From positions 1,504,001-1,568,000 of the forward strand of contig OZ251459.1 in the NCBI GenBank assembly GCA_965242525.1: 64,000 bases of DNA, in the 5' to 3' direction. The stretch's first letter is position 1, and each line of letters starts with the position of its first letter. A program made the translations under genes and the position numbers. The notes under the pieces are model-generated. The model was not told where the DNA came from and made no database searches. It was given only the letters and a program-made list of their open reading frames with translations. Below are positions 28,679-37,345 of this stretch, piece after piece. This DNA is from an uncultured Candidatus Binatia bacterium (lineage in GTDB: Bacteria; Desulfobacterota; Binatia; UBA9968; JAJDTQ01).

Positions 28679-28788
28679 GGGGTTCAGCACACGGTTCGCG
28701 CTTCGGGCAAACCGTCCCGGATCGCCGCCTACATCGGCCGCAAGGCATACGGGGTTCAGCACACGGTCCGCGCTTCGGGCAGACCGTC
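28679..28788. repeat. Direct repeat of the cobalamin-binding gene 3' end (38 bp x2, period 72) around a 34-bp insert
   Basis: ggggttcagcacacggttcgcgcttcgggcaaaccgtc (28679-28716) vs ggggttcagcacacggtccgcgcttcgggcagaccgtc (28751-28788), 36/38. Confidence 0.92.
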
Positions 28789-29676
28789 GGGGAGGGGATG
28801 GACGTGGGGGTGGAGGGTGTGGGCCAGGATCTCCAGGCTGTCCACCAACCGCGGGCCGGGGCGACTGAAGTAGGCGTTGCCGTCGAACACGTGGACGCGG
28901 TGCTCCCTCACGCAGGGCAGGTCCGCTGACTCCAATCGGGCCTTCAGCACGGGCAGGTCCTGCAAGGTCCGCGGGATGTCCATGCCGCAACAGGCGACCA
29001 GCAACACCTCGGGCCGCGCCTCGGTGACCGCATCCCAACCGAGGGTTCGGGACGGGCCGTTCCGGTTGCCCAGGCAATCCACGCCGCCGGCCCATTGGAT
29101 CATCTCCGGGATCCAGTGTCCGGCGCTGAAGGGCGGGTCGATCCACTCCAGGAACACGACCCGCGGCCGCCCCTCCACGGGGACCTTCGACGCGGTCCTT
29201 TGCTTGACCGCGTCGAGCCTCGCGGTCAAGCCGGCGACGACGCCCTTCCCCTCTTCCACACGGTCCGTGGCCTTGGCCAACGCGCCTATGGCGGCGAGGA
29301 CGTCCTCCAGGGACGTCGGTTCCAGGTTGACGATCCTCGGCGCGCCCGGCAGGGAGCGGGCCGCCTCGCGCACCTCCGTCTCCGCCACCGCACAGACGTC
29401 GCACAGGGCCTGGGTCACGATCAGGTCGGGGTCGAGCCGTCCCAGGACCTCCATGTCCAGGGAATAGAGCGCCGGGTCGGACCGGAGCCGGCTGCGCACC
29501 AGCCTGTCGATCTCGAGACTGCCGGCGTCGTGGGGAATCGAAGTCCGGGTCACCTTGGGGAGCGCCGAGACCGAAACCGGATGGTCGCATTCGTGCGTCA
29601 CCCCCACGAGTTGCTCGCGCAGCCCCAGCGCACAGATCATCTCGGTGGAACTGGGCAACAGGGAAACGATCTTCAT
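28756..29676 (-). CDS. Cobalamin-binding protein (BtuF-like)
   Basis: 'KIVSLLPSSTEM', 'VGVTHECD', 'TQALCDVCAV', 'FSRPGPRL'; B12 locus. Confidence 0.88.
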   Translation of the reverse strand: MKIVSLLPSSTEMICALGLREQLVGVTHECDHPVSVSALPKVTRTSIPHDAGSLEIDRLVRSRLRSDPALYSLDMEVLGRLDPDLIVTQALCDVCAVAETEVREAARSLPGAPRIVNLEPTSLEDVLAAIGALAKATDRVEEGKGVVAGLTARLDAVKQRTASKVPVEGRPRVVFLEWIDPPFSAGHWIPEMIQWAGGVDCLGNRNGPSRTLGWDAVTEARPEVLLVACCGMDIPRTLQDLPVLKARLESADLPCVREHRVHVFDGNAYFSRPGPRLVDSLEILAHTLHPHVHPLPDGLPEARTVC

Positions 29677-29758
29677 GGACGCGGCTCAGGCGGTGTCACG
29701 GCCCCGGTCGGGGGTTGGCCCGCATGGAGGAAACGATCTTCATGGACGCGGCTCAGGC
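29662..29758. repeat. Exact direct repeat of a stop-intergenic-start junction (30 bp x2, period 67) around a 37-bp insert
   Basis: ggaaacgatcttcatggacgcggctcaggc at 29662-29691 and 29729-29758, identical. Confidence 0.95.
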
Positions 29759-30265
29759 CACCTGCAACGGCCGGTTGCGCCAGGCCTTCATGGTCTCGTA
29801 ACCGCCGAACAGCACGGCGCCGTAGAGCGCATTGCCCGCAAGGGTCCTCCACAGGTAGGGCAGGCCGCTGGCGTAACAACCGGCCAGGCCCTCCCAGGTC
29901 ATGGGCCAAGCCGCGATCCACATGCCGAAATTGGACACCAGGTAGAACGCCAAGGCCGCGGCGAGGACCCCTCCCCCGAAACGGGGGACAGTGCGTTGCT
30001 CGTGCAGGAAGATGCGCCCACAGAAGGCGCTGCAGGCAAAGCCCAGATAGACGAACAGCATCACCACCGGGCTGTAGAGACCCCCGGCCAGGTCGCCCGG
30101 CAGGAGGGCCGCCAGCGGCAACAGCCATGCCCAACGCCTTGCGACATAGGCGCCGGCGAACAAACCCAGGGCCCCCACCGGCGTGACGTTCAACGGATGC
30201 GGCATGACCCTCGACGCGGCTACGATGACGACCAGGACGCATAGCCCTGCGATGTTGCCCTTCAC
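29753..30265 (-). CDS. DUF6580-like putative membrane transport protein (B12-associated)
   Basis: 'SRVMPHPLNVTPVGALGLFAGA', 'FYLVSNFGMW', 'GLAGCYASGLPY'; GTG start assumed. Confidence 0.75.
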   Translation of the reverse strand: MKGNIAGLCVLVVIVAASRVMPHPLNVTPVGALGLFAGAYVARRWAWLLPLAALLPGDLAGGLYSPVVMLFVYLGFACSAFCGRIFLHEQRTVPRFGGGVLAAALAFYLVSNFGMWIAAWPMTWEGLAGCYASGLPYLWRTLAGNALYGAVLFGGYETMKAWRNRPLQVA

Positions 30266-30288
30266 GTTCTCCCCCTCGCTGTTCTTGC

Positions 30289-30398
30289 GGAAACCCTGAA
30301 CCATTGTCCCCGTTCGTCCTGAGCGTAGCGAAGCGAAGTCGAAGGACGCACTTTCCCACGGGGAGAGGGAGTTGAAGCCGGAATTGATCAGACGTTCC
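30289..30398. mobile_element. 110-bp MITE-like element (IS5-like ends + family-A REP)
   Basis: ggaaaccctgaaccatt ... attgatcagacgttcc; REP at 30310-30349. Confidence 0.65.
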
Positions 30399-30413
30399 TT
30401 ACGTTCCCGAAGG

Positions 30414-30572
30414 TCACAGGATCAGCTTCACCAGCGCGACGGTGAGGCTGGCGGTGAAGCCCACGATGCCGATGGCCATGATCCAGAGGTGGCGATAGAG
30501 GACTGAAAACTGGTCCGCCATTTCGGCGCGAAGGCCGCTCATGTCGGCCTTGGTAGCGACGTTCCCGGTCAT
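30414..30572 (-). pseudogene. Short DUF1640/CCDC90-like fragment
   Basis: 52-aa ORF MTGNVATKADMSGLRAEM...LYRHLWIMAIGIVGFTASLTVALVKLIL; 'ATKAD' + C-terminal TM; appears N-terminally truncated. Confidence 0.5.
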
Positions 30573-30694
30573 GGCGTCACCCACTGGCCCATCACTACGA
30601 CACGCGAACCGGGACTTGTCAAGGTCCGACGCGGTTGACAGAGCCGCCCGACCGGGGTAAACCCCATCCGTACTTGGGCGGTCTTCGTTACCGC

Positions 30695-30860
30695 CCGGTC
30701 CCCGGGTCCCTCACGGGATAACAGGGAAACCGGTGAAAATCCGGTGCGGTCCCGCCACTGTAAATGGGAACCCTTGCCCTGAAGCCACTGTCCCCCGCAC
30801 GGGATGGGAAGGCGGCAAGGTCGTCGTTGCGACGAGCCCATGAGCCAGGAGACCTACCTG
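30695..30860 (+). ncRNA. Cobalamin riboswitch upstream of tonB
   Basis: aacagggaaaccggtgaaaatccggtgcggtcccgccactgta ... agccactg ... tgggaaggc ... gagccaggagacct (B12 box); ends approximate. Confidence 0.93.
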
Positions 30861-30978
30861 GGGACGGAACGAAGCCGTGCTCTCCGAGGAGAGAGGAGGT
30901 CTCGCCATTCCATATTCCTCCACAGACGTGACGCATCCCCGTTCCGCGGCGCTTCCCTGACCGGCCGCCGGGAGTGAG

Positions 30979-32013
30979 ATGCGCTTCCTCTGCTTCCTGC
31001 TGGGCTCCGCCCTGCTCCATGCGGCGTTCCTCGCCCTGCCCCTGTCCACGAGCACGGGCGACGCCGGAAAGAACGCCCTGCAACCCCTGCGGGTCCGCCT
31101 GCTGGCCCCCGGGATCCGTAAGGCTGAAGCGGCGAACATGAAGACGCCGCGTCAGCCGGCGCTCCGGGAGCACGGGTCTGCCGGTGGAGCCGCAAGGACG
31201 GAGAGGCCGCAGCCCGCCTCCAGGACCGACGAAACCGCGTCAGGGCAGGTTGCCCGAGAGCGGCCGCAAGCCTTGGCCCAGGACCGGGCCACGCTTGCAG
31301 TTCGGTCTCCTGCGACGCGATCTCCCGCAGCGCCGGAGGCGCTCGGCGAATCCGGGGCGAGGGGAAAGGCATCGCGTAAGGCAAGGAAGCCGGCCCGGGT
31401 CGGGCCGGAGCCGCGGACGCCCAGGGCGCCGAAGACCGAGTCGGTACGCGCGCGGTCCGGCGCGCTCCCGGCGGACCTTGCCGTTCCCCCCGCGCCCGTG
31501 CGGGCGGCGCTGCGGACGAGTATCGCGGCTGCGCCGGCGCCGAAGACGCCGGACGGACCCGGCCAGGACCGCGGCCCCACCCGGAGCGTCGAAGGACCTC
31601 CGGGCAAAGATCCCGGCCGCGAACGGGAGCCGTGGACAAGTCCGGGCGGCGAAACCGCGCTCGCCCTTGCCTCGGACCCGGAACGCCGTCGGGGACCGCG
31701 GGCAAGTCCGGGCCGGGACGCCGGGGCGGCGCGTACCCCGGTGCGCTATGCGCGCGTGGTCAAGCCCAAGTACCCCCGGAAGGCGCGGACCCAGGGATGG
31801 GAGGGGACCACGGTCCTGAAGGTGCGGGTGGATCGCGGGGGAAGGCCCGGCCTCATCGCGGTGGACCGCACCTCGGGGTTCGAGGTCCTCGACCGCGCGG
31901 CCATGAGGGCCATGAGTCGATGGGAGTTCCATCCCGCGCGCAACGGCGACAGGACCGTAGCGAGCTGGGTGGAGGTCCCCGTGTCGTTCCGGCTCGAGGA
32001 GGACCCACCATGA
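30979..32013 (+). CDS. tonB: Energy transducer TonB
   Basis: N-terminal TM with 'SALLHAA', long Pro/Ala/Arg linker, TonB_C 'PKYPRKARTQGWEGTTVL...LDRAA...WEFHPAR'. Confidence 0.88.
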   Translation: MRFLCFLLGSALLHAAFLALPLSTSTGDAGKNALQPLRVRLLAPGIRKAEAANMKTPRQPALREHGSAGGAARTERPQPASRTDETASGQVARERPQALAQDRATLAVRSPATRSPAAPEALGESGARGKASRKARKPARVGPEPRTPRAPKTESVRARSGALPADLAVPPAPVRAALRTSIAAAPAPKTPDGPGQDRGPTRSVEGPPGKDPGREREPWTSPGGETALALASDPERRRGPRASPGRDAGAARTPVRYARVVKPKYPRKARTQGWEGTTVLKVRVDRGGRPGLIAVDRTSGFEVLDRAAMRAMSRWEFHPARNGDRTVASWVEVPVSFRLEEDPP

Positions 32014-32053
32014 AGAAGTAGCGTCACGCCATCGGAGTCAACCACACGGACGT

Positions 32054-32200
32054 CCGGAGACGGATTCCAGGGAAAGGGGTGAAACGCCCCTGCTGCCCCG
32101 CAACTGTAACGGCCACGAAAGCTGCCACGGAGAGCCACTGCCCCTGCGGGGGCGGGAAGGCGCAGCGATTAGGATGAAGCCGGAGCCAGGAGACCTGTCC
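32054..32200 (+). ncRNA. Second cobalamin riboswitch upstream of the TonB-dependent receptor
   Basis: cagggaaaggggtgaaacgcccctgctgccccgcaactgta ... agccactg ... gggaaggc ... gagccaggagacct; ends approximate. Confidence 0.9.
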
Positions 32201-32243
32201 GTCTGCCGCCAACAATCCGCCTTCGCGGGAAAGGAAGATTGCC

Positions 32244-34235
32244 ATGAAGTTTTCGACCCACGGTTTCGTCACCACCCACGGTTTCACCACTCTCCTGGTT
32301 TTCGTCGCCCTCCTGGTCCTGTGGACCTTTCCACCCGGGGCCGCGGCGGAAGCGCCGCAAAGCGCCGCTTCCCCGCCCGCCGCGGACGAGGCCGCGGAAC
32401 GGCTTCCGGAGATCGTGGTCTCGGCAAGCCGGACGCCCCTGGAAGCCCGGGCCGCGGGCAGCGCCGTCACCGTCATCACCGCGGAAGAGCTGGAGCGCAA
32501 GCAGGTGCGCGTGCTCTCCGACGTGCTGCGGGAGGTGCCCGGGCTGGCGGTGAGCCGCTCGGGCACGGTGGGCGCCTATACCCAGGTGCGGATCCGCGGC
32601 GCCGAGGCCAACCACACCCTGGTCCTCATCGACGGGGTGGAAGTCAACGACCCCAGCGGCAACTCGGAATTCGACTTCGCCGACCTGCTCGCCGCGGACG
32701 TGGAACGGGTCGAGGTCCTGCGCGGGCCCCAGAGCGCGCTGTACGGCAGCGACGCCATCGGCGGCGTCATCAACGTCATCACCCGGAAGGGGCGCGGCCC
32801 CGCGGCCGCAAGCCTTCGACTGGAAGGCGGTTCCTTCGGCTCCGGCGAGGTCTCCGCGGGCGTCCGCGGCGCGGGCGAGCGCTACCACTTTTCGTTGGGC
32901 GGGACGGGCTTCCGGACGTCCGGCGTGTCCATCGGGTCCCCGTCCGGGGGGAAGCCGGAGAAAGACGGCTACCGGAGCCACGGTTGGCGCGCCCGGCTCG
33001 GCGCCGACCTGCTCGAAGACCTGGAAGTCGAGTTGCTGGGGCGCTACGTCCGCTCGAAAGTGGAGACGGACCCGGGAGGCCTCGTCGGCGACTTCCGCAT
33101 ACCGGTGGACGGGGACGACGAGACCCGGGGGACCCGGTGGAGCGGACGCGCCCGGCTCGCCTACAGCCTGTTCGACGGAGCGTGGGAGCACAGGCTCGGA
33201 GCCGGAACCAGCCGGAAGAAGCGGGGCTACTTCAGCGCGGGAAGCCGGACCTACGAAGCCGAAGGCGCGAGGTCGCGCTTCGACTACCAGACCAGCGTCT
33301 TCTTCGACACCGAGGCCCTCGCGGACGCGGCCCATTCGTTCACCTTGCTGGCCGAGCGCGAGAAGGACTCCCAGACCGCCGGCGGCGCGCAGTCCGACGT
33401 GACCGGCTACGGCTACACCGGAGAGTACCGGGTGGGCGTGTGGGAGCGGCTCTTCCTGTCGGGCAGCGTCCGCTTCGACGACAACGACCTCTTCCGGGAC
33501 GCCGTCACCTTCCGGGCCACCGCGGCCTACCTGGTCGAAGGGAGCGGGACGCGGCTGCACGGCAGCTACGGCGCCGGGGTCAAGAACCCCACCCTGTTCG
33601 AGTTGTTCGGCTTCGCCCCGGGCTTCACCCCCAACCCCCGCCTCACCCCCGAGAAGAGCAACGGCTGGGACGCGGGAATCGAGCAGCGCTTCTTCGACCA
33701 ACGCCTGACCGTGGACGTCACCTACTTCGACAACCGGATCCGGGACCACATCCAGGGGTCCTTCGACACCTCCGTCAACCTGGACGGCGTCTCCGAAATC
33801 CGGGGCGTGGAGACCACCCTGAAGGCGCGCGTCACGCCGGCCCTGACCCTCACCGGACAGTACACCTGGACCGACGCCAAAGACCCCATGGGCATGGAGC
33901 TGACGCGGCGGGCGCGGCACGTGGCCAGCGCCCATCTCGCATGGGAGGTCCTCGACGGCCGGGCCGAGCTGGGGCTCGGCGTCCGCTACAACGGCCGACA
34001 GCAGGACCTCCGCTTCCACGGCGACTACAGCACGAGCCGCGTGACCCTGGACGACTTCGTCCTGGTCAACCTCACGGCCTCCTATGAAACGGCCCCGGGG
34101 GTCGAACTCTTCGGCCGCGTGGAAAACCTGCTGGACCAGGACTACCAGGAGGTCTTCGGTTTCCGCAGCACCGGCATCGGCGGTTTTTTGGGCATTCGAT
34201 GGACCCTGGAGCCGCTCACGGTCCCGTCCGGATAG
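32244..34235 (+). CDS. btuB: TonB-dependent receptor, BtuB-like
   Basis: 'IVVSASR', plug 'IRGAEANHTLVLIDG', 'VEVLRGPQSALYGSDAIGGVINVIT', 'ENLLDQDY'; riboswitch upstream. Confidence 0.85.
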   Translation: MKFSTHGFVTTHGFTTLLVFVALLVLWTFPPGAAAEAPQSAASPPAADEAAERLPEIVVSASRTPLEARAAGSAVTVITAEELERKQVRVLSDVLREVPGLAVSRSGTVGAYTQVRIRGAEANHTLVLIDGVEVNDPSGNSEFDFADLLAADVERVEVLRGPQSALYGSDAIGGVINVITRKGRGPAAASLRLEGGSFGSGEVSAGVRGAGERYHFSLGGTGFRTSGVSIGSPSGGKPEKDGYRSHGWRARLGADLLEDLEVELLGRYVRSKVETDPGGLVGDFRIPVDGDDETRGTRWSGRARLAYSLFDGAWEHRLGAGTSRKKRGYFSAGSRTYEAEGARSRFDYQTSVFFDTEALADAAHSFTLLAEREKDSQTAGGAQSDVTGYGYTGEYRVGVWERLFLSGSVRFDDNDLFRDAVTFRATAAYLVEGSGTRLHGSYGAGVKNPTLFELFGFAPGFTPNPRLTPEKSNGWDAGIEQRFFDQRLTVDVTYFDNRIRDHIQGSFDTSVNLDGVSEIRGVETTLKARVTPALTLTGQYTWTDAKDPMGMELTRRARHVASAHLAWEVLDGRAELGLGVRYNGRQQDLRFHGDYSTSRVTLDDFVLVNLTASYETAPGVELFGRVENLLDQDYQEVFGFRSTGIGGFLGIRWTLEPLTVPSG

Positions 34236-34315
34236 GCGGACCCTTCTCGCCGCTCACGGCTCTACCATCCTTCCCGGCTGGAGCCGTTCACGGTCCCGTC
34301 CGGGCAGGCGGCCCC
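34206..34315. repeat. Direct repeat of the receptor gene 3' end (38 bp x2, period 72) around a 34-bp insert
   Basis: ctggagccgctcacggtcccgtccggataggcggaccc vs ctggagccgttcacggtcccgtccgggcaggcggcccc, 34/38. Confidence 0.9.
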
Positions 34316-34343
34316 GCGGGACCCCTGCCCACGGGGCCGCGGT

Positions 34344-36107
34344 TCACTCCGCCAGCAGCGGCACCACCCGGCGCTCCTTGGCGCGCACGAGGCCGCGGCC
34401 CGTGATGCGGAGCTCCGGGAGGGTGACGAAGGTGAGGAAGCATAGGGCGTAGAGGGGCTTGGGGAAGGCGGAACCGCGTTCCCTCAGGGTCCGCTGCACC
34501 GCGGCGAGCCGCTCGCCCACGAGGCGCCAGGGCTCCGGCGAGAACAGGCCCCCGATGGGGAAAGGGAGGTGTTCGAGGACCCGGCCCCGGTCCACCACCG
34601 CGACGCCGCCGCCGGACTCCAGCAGGAGGTTGGCGCAGCGGGCCATGTCGTAGTCGCTGGAGCCCGCCACCAGCAGGGCGTACTCGTCCAGGTTGACGGT
34701 GGTCCCCACCGCGCCCACGTCCGCGCCGAGACCCCGGACGAAGCCGAAGGCGGGACGGAAGCCCTCCCCCCGGTCGAACACCGCGACCTTGAGCAAGTCC
34801 CGGTCCGGGTCCGCGGGAAGGACCCCGCCGGGGGCGGCCGACTCCACCACCCGCTCCCGGGTGATGGTCTGGTTGGCGAGGTCCATCACCCGCACCCGCG
34901 CACGCGGGCGGTCGCACCCTATCCTCAGGTCGTCCGCGGTGACCGGCTGGCGGAAGGCGGTCCTGATCCCCATGTCCGCGGGAAAGGGAGGCGGCGCGGC
35001 GTCCACCTTCGACTCGCCGCCTTCGGCCACCGGCTCGCCGCCGATGAACACCGCGCCCACCCGCACGGTCTCCAGGTCTTCGAGCAGCGCGAAGTCGGCG
35101 AACCGCCCGGGCGCCACCCCGCCCATGTCCTGCTCCAGGCCGGAGTACATGGCGGGATGGAGGGTGGCGGCCTGGATGGCGCGCACCGAACCCAGGCCGC
35201 ACTCCACCGCGCGGCGCACCACGAAGTCCATGTGGCCGGACGCGGCCACGTCGTCCGGGGCCATGCCGTCGGTGACCAGTATCAGCCGCCCGGTATCGAT
35301 TCCGCTCGCCAACAGCGGCTTGAGCGTGGCCTCCAGGTCCTGCCGGAAGGAGCCCTCCCGCAGCATGGTCCAGTAGCCGAGCCGCAGGCGCGCCAGCGCC
35401 TCCGCGCCGCTGATGGGCTCGTGGCACGACGACACCGAAGCCGCGGCAATGGCGTTCAGCCGGCGGTCCCGTGCCCCCGCGGTGTGTCCGTGCACGATCT
35501 TGCCCCGGTCCAGGGCCATGTGGATGCGCGCCAGCAGGTCCGGGTCTCCCTGCACCAGCCGGAGCCACGAGACCACCTCCCCCAGGCCAAGGACTCGGGG
35601 GTCATCCAGGACGTCCGCCACCTCCCGGTCCGACAGGGTCTCGGTCCGGCACAGCAGCGGGTCCTGGGGCGCGGCCATGGACACCAGTGTATGGACCCGG
35701 ATCGGGTGGCTCGCAGCCTCCTCCAGGAACAGCTTCATGCCGGCGAGGCCGAAGGCCACCGTGTGCTCGTCGCACGAAGCCACGACCCCGGTGGTCCCGT
35801 GGGGCAGGTACGCCTGCAGGAACTCGAAGGGGCGGCAGAAGTGGCCGATGTGGGTGTGGGCGTCGATGAACCCGGGGACGATCCAGCGGTCCCGGGCGTC
35901 GATGACCCGGGTCTCCTCCCCGCGGGTGTGGGCCGCGCTGGGACCCACGTAGCAGACCCGTCCCCGGCTGAAGGCCACCTCCATGCCCTCCAGCACCTCG
36001 CCCGTATAGACGTTGACCAGGCGCCCGCCGGTGACCACCCCGTCGGCCTTGACCTCGCCCATGCTGGCGCGCATCAGGCGGCGGATGCTCTCCCCGGTCT
36101 TCCGCAT
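34344..36107 (-). CDS. Adenine deaminase (Ade) family amidohydrolase
   Basis: 'PGFIDAHTHI', 'LGLGEV', 'GHT', 'SCHE', 'LREGS', 'LVTDG', 'APGRFADF', 'LPELRIT'. Confidence 0.88.
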   Translation of the reverse strand: MRKTGESIRRLMRASMGEVKADGVVTGGRLVNVYTGEVLEGMEVAFSRGRVCYVGPSAAHTRGEETRVIDARDRWIVPGFIDAHTHIGHFCRPFEFLQAYLPHGTTGVVASCDEHTVAFGLAGMKLFLEEAASHPIRVHTLVSMAAPQDPLLCRTETLSDREVADVLDDPRVLGLGEVVSWLRLVQGDPDLLARIHMALDRGKIVHGHTAGARDRRLNAIAAASVSSCHEPISGAEALARLRLGYWTMLREGSFRQDLEATLKPLLASGIDTGRLILVTDGMAPDDVAASGHMDFVVRRAVECGLGSVRAIQAATLHPAMYSGLEQDMGGVAPGRFADFALLEDLETVRVGAVFIGGEPVAEGGESKVDAAPPPFPADMGIRTAFRQPVTADDLRIGCDRPRARVRVMDLANQTITRERVVESAAPGGVLPADPDRDLLKVAVFDRGEGFRPAFGFVRGLGADVGAVGTTVNLDEYALLVAGSSDYDMARCANLLLESGGGVAVVDRGRVLEHLPFPIGGLFSPEPWRLVGERLAAVQRTLRERGSAFPKPLYALCFLTFVTLPELRITGRGLVRAKERRVVPLLAE

Positions 36108-36154
36108 GGGTCCGGCCTCGGGCGCCGCCCTGCCGGCGGCGGCCTTCCGCGGCG

Positions 36155-37144
36155 TCAGATCTTGAACCCTTCGCGGGTGTTGGGCGCGTACAGGCCCGCC
36201 ACGTCCACCGGGTTCCGGATCACCCCCTGCTCCAGCAGGTAGGAGTGGAAGGTCTCCAGGGTCTTGCGGTTGCCCTCAAAGCCGTAGGGCCAGAAGTCCT
36301 CGCCCATGAGATCCACGGTCTCCTCGTACTCGAACAACTGCCAGAGCTGGCTCGTGCGCAGCACGTTGGTGTCGTAGAGCTGGGCCGCGCACAGGTCCTT
36401 GGCTTGGCAGAACGCCTTGTAGAGGTTTTGGGTGATCCACGGGTGGGCCTCGTAGATCTCCCGGCGCACCACCACGCAGTGCATGATGGGGAACAGCCCC
36501 GTGCGGCGGAAGTAGTCCATCTCCGCGGCCCGGCAGTCCTCGAACAGGCGGGTGATCCCGGAAGCGCGCCGGACGAAACAGGCGGGCATCCGGGCCGACA
36601 CCAGGGCGTCGATGTCGCCCGACTCCAGCATGTCGTTCAGGGTCCGGCGTTCCTCGGTCTCCATGGACACGCCGTCCGGAGGGTCGAAGGGCACCCGGTC
36701 CTTGCGCCCCGGCTGCTCCACCCCGCCCTGCACCCAATGGACGTCCCCGGGCTCCACCCCGAAGTCGTGCTGGAGCATGCCGCGCACCCACACGGACGCG
36801 GTCATGGTGTACTCGGGCACCCCCACCCGCCGGCCCTTCAGGTCCTCGGGCCTGCGCACCCCCGAAGCGGCGTTGACGAATATGCAGCGGTGGCGGAACA
36901 TGCGGGAGGGAAAGACCGGTATGGCGATGAAGGGCCGGTGGCCCCGGGACGCGTCCACGTGGTACGCCCCCATGGACATCTCCGCGGCGTCGAACTCCCG
37001 GAAATGGAGCATGCGCCAGAAGATCTCCTCCACGGGCAGCACCACGTAGTGGAGGTCGATGCCTTCGGGCTTCACCAGCCCGTCCTTCAGGGCCCGGGTG
37101 CGGTCGTAGTCCTCGCAGGCCAGCGTCAACTCGATGTTGCCCAT
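36155..37144 (-). CDS. 4,5-dihydroxyphthalate decarboxylase-like / substrate-binding-fold protein
   Basis: 'LTLACEDYDRTRAL', 'IPVFPSRMFRH', 'VGVPEYTMTASVWVRGML', 'FPIMHCVV', 'FWPYG'. Confidence 0.82.
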   Translation of the reverse strand: MGNIELTLACEDYDRTRALKDGLVKPEGIDLHYVVLPVEEIFWRMLHFREFDAAEMSMGAYHVDASRGHRPFIAIPVFPSRMFRHRCIFVNAASGVRRPEDLKGRRVGVPEYTMTASVWVRGMLQHDFGVEPGDVHWVQGGVEQPGRKDRVPFDPPDGVSMETEERRTLNDMLESGDIDALVSARMPACFVRRASGITRLFEDCRAAEMDYFRRTGLFPIMHCVVVRREIYEAHPWITQNLYKAFCQAKDLCAAQLYDTNVLRTSQLWQLFEYEETVDLMGEDFWPYGFEGNRKTLETFHSYLLEQGVIRNPVDVAGLYAPNTREGFKI

Positions 37145-37168
37145 GACTCCCTCCGGCGCCCTGCCCTG

Positions 37169-37345
37169 CCCCTACGCACCGGGGCGGGGCGCAGCCAACG
37201 CATCGTTGAGTCGGTCGAGCGGTAGGTTGGCGGCCTTCCGCTTCCCCCAGGCGCCGGGGCGGGCGGCCAATGCATCGGCGCTTCGGAGTAGCTGCGGCAT
37301 TGGGCCGCGCTTCCCCTACGCGCCGGGGCCGGGCGCGGCCAACGC
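37169..37345. repeat. Three direct copies of the aldolase gene 3' end separated by unrelated ~30-35 bp inserts
   Basis: cccctacgcaccggggcggggcgcagccaacgc (37169), cccccaggcgccggggcggg---cggccaatgc (37244), cccctacgcgccggggccgggcgcggccaacgc (37313); first-to-third offset 144. Confidence 0.85.

Noticed and set aside
32256-32290. acccacggtttc repeated with an 18-bp period in the btuB signal peptide
   Set aside because: Simple short in-frame tandem duplication, not the ~65-72 bp class.
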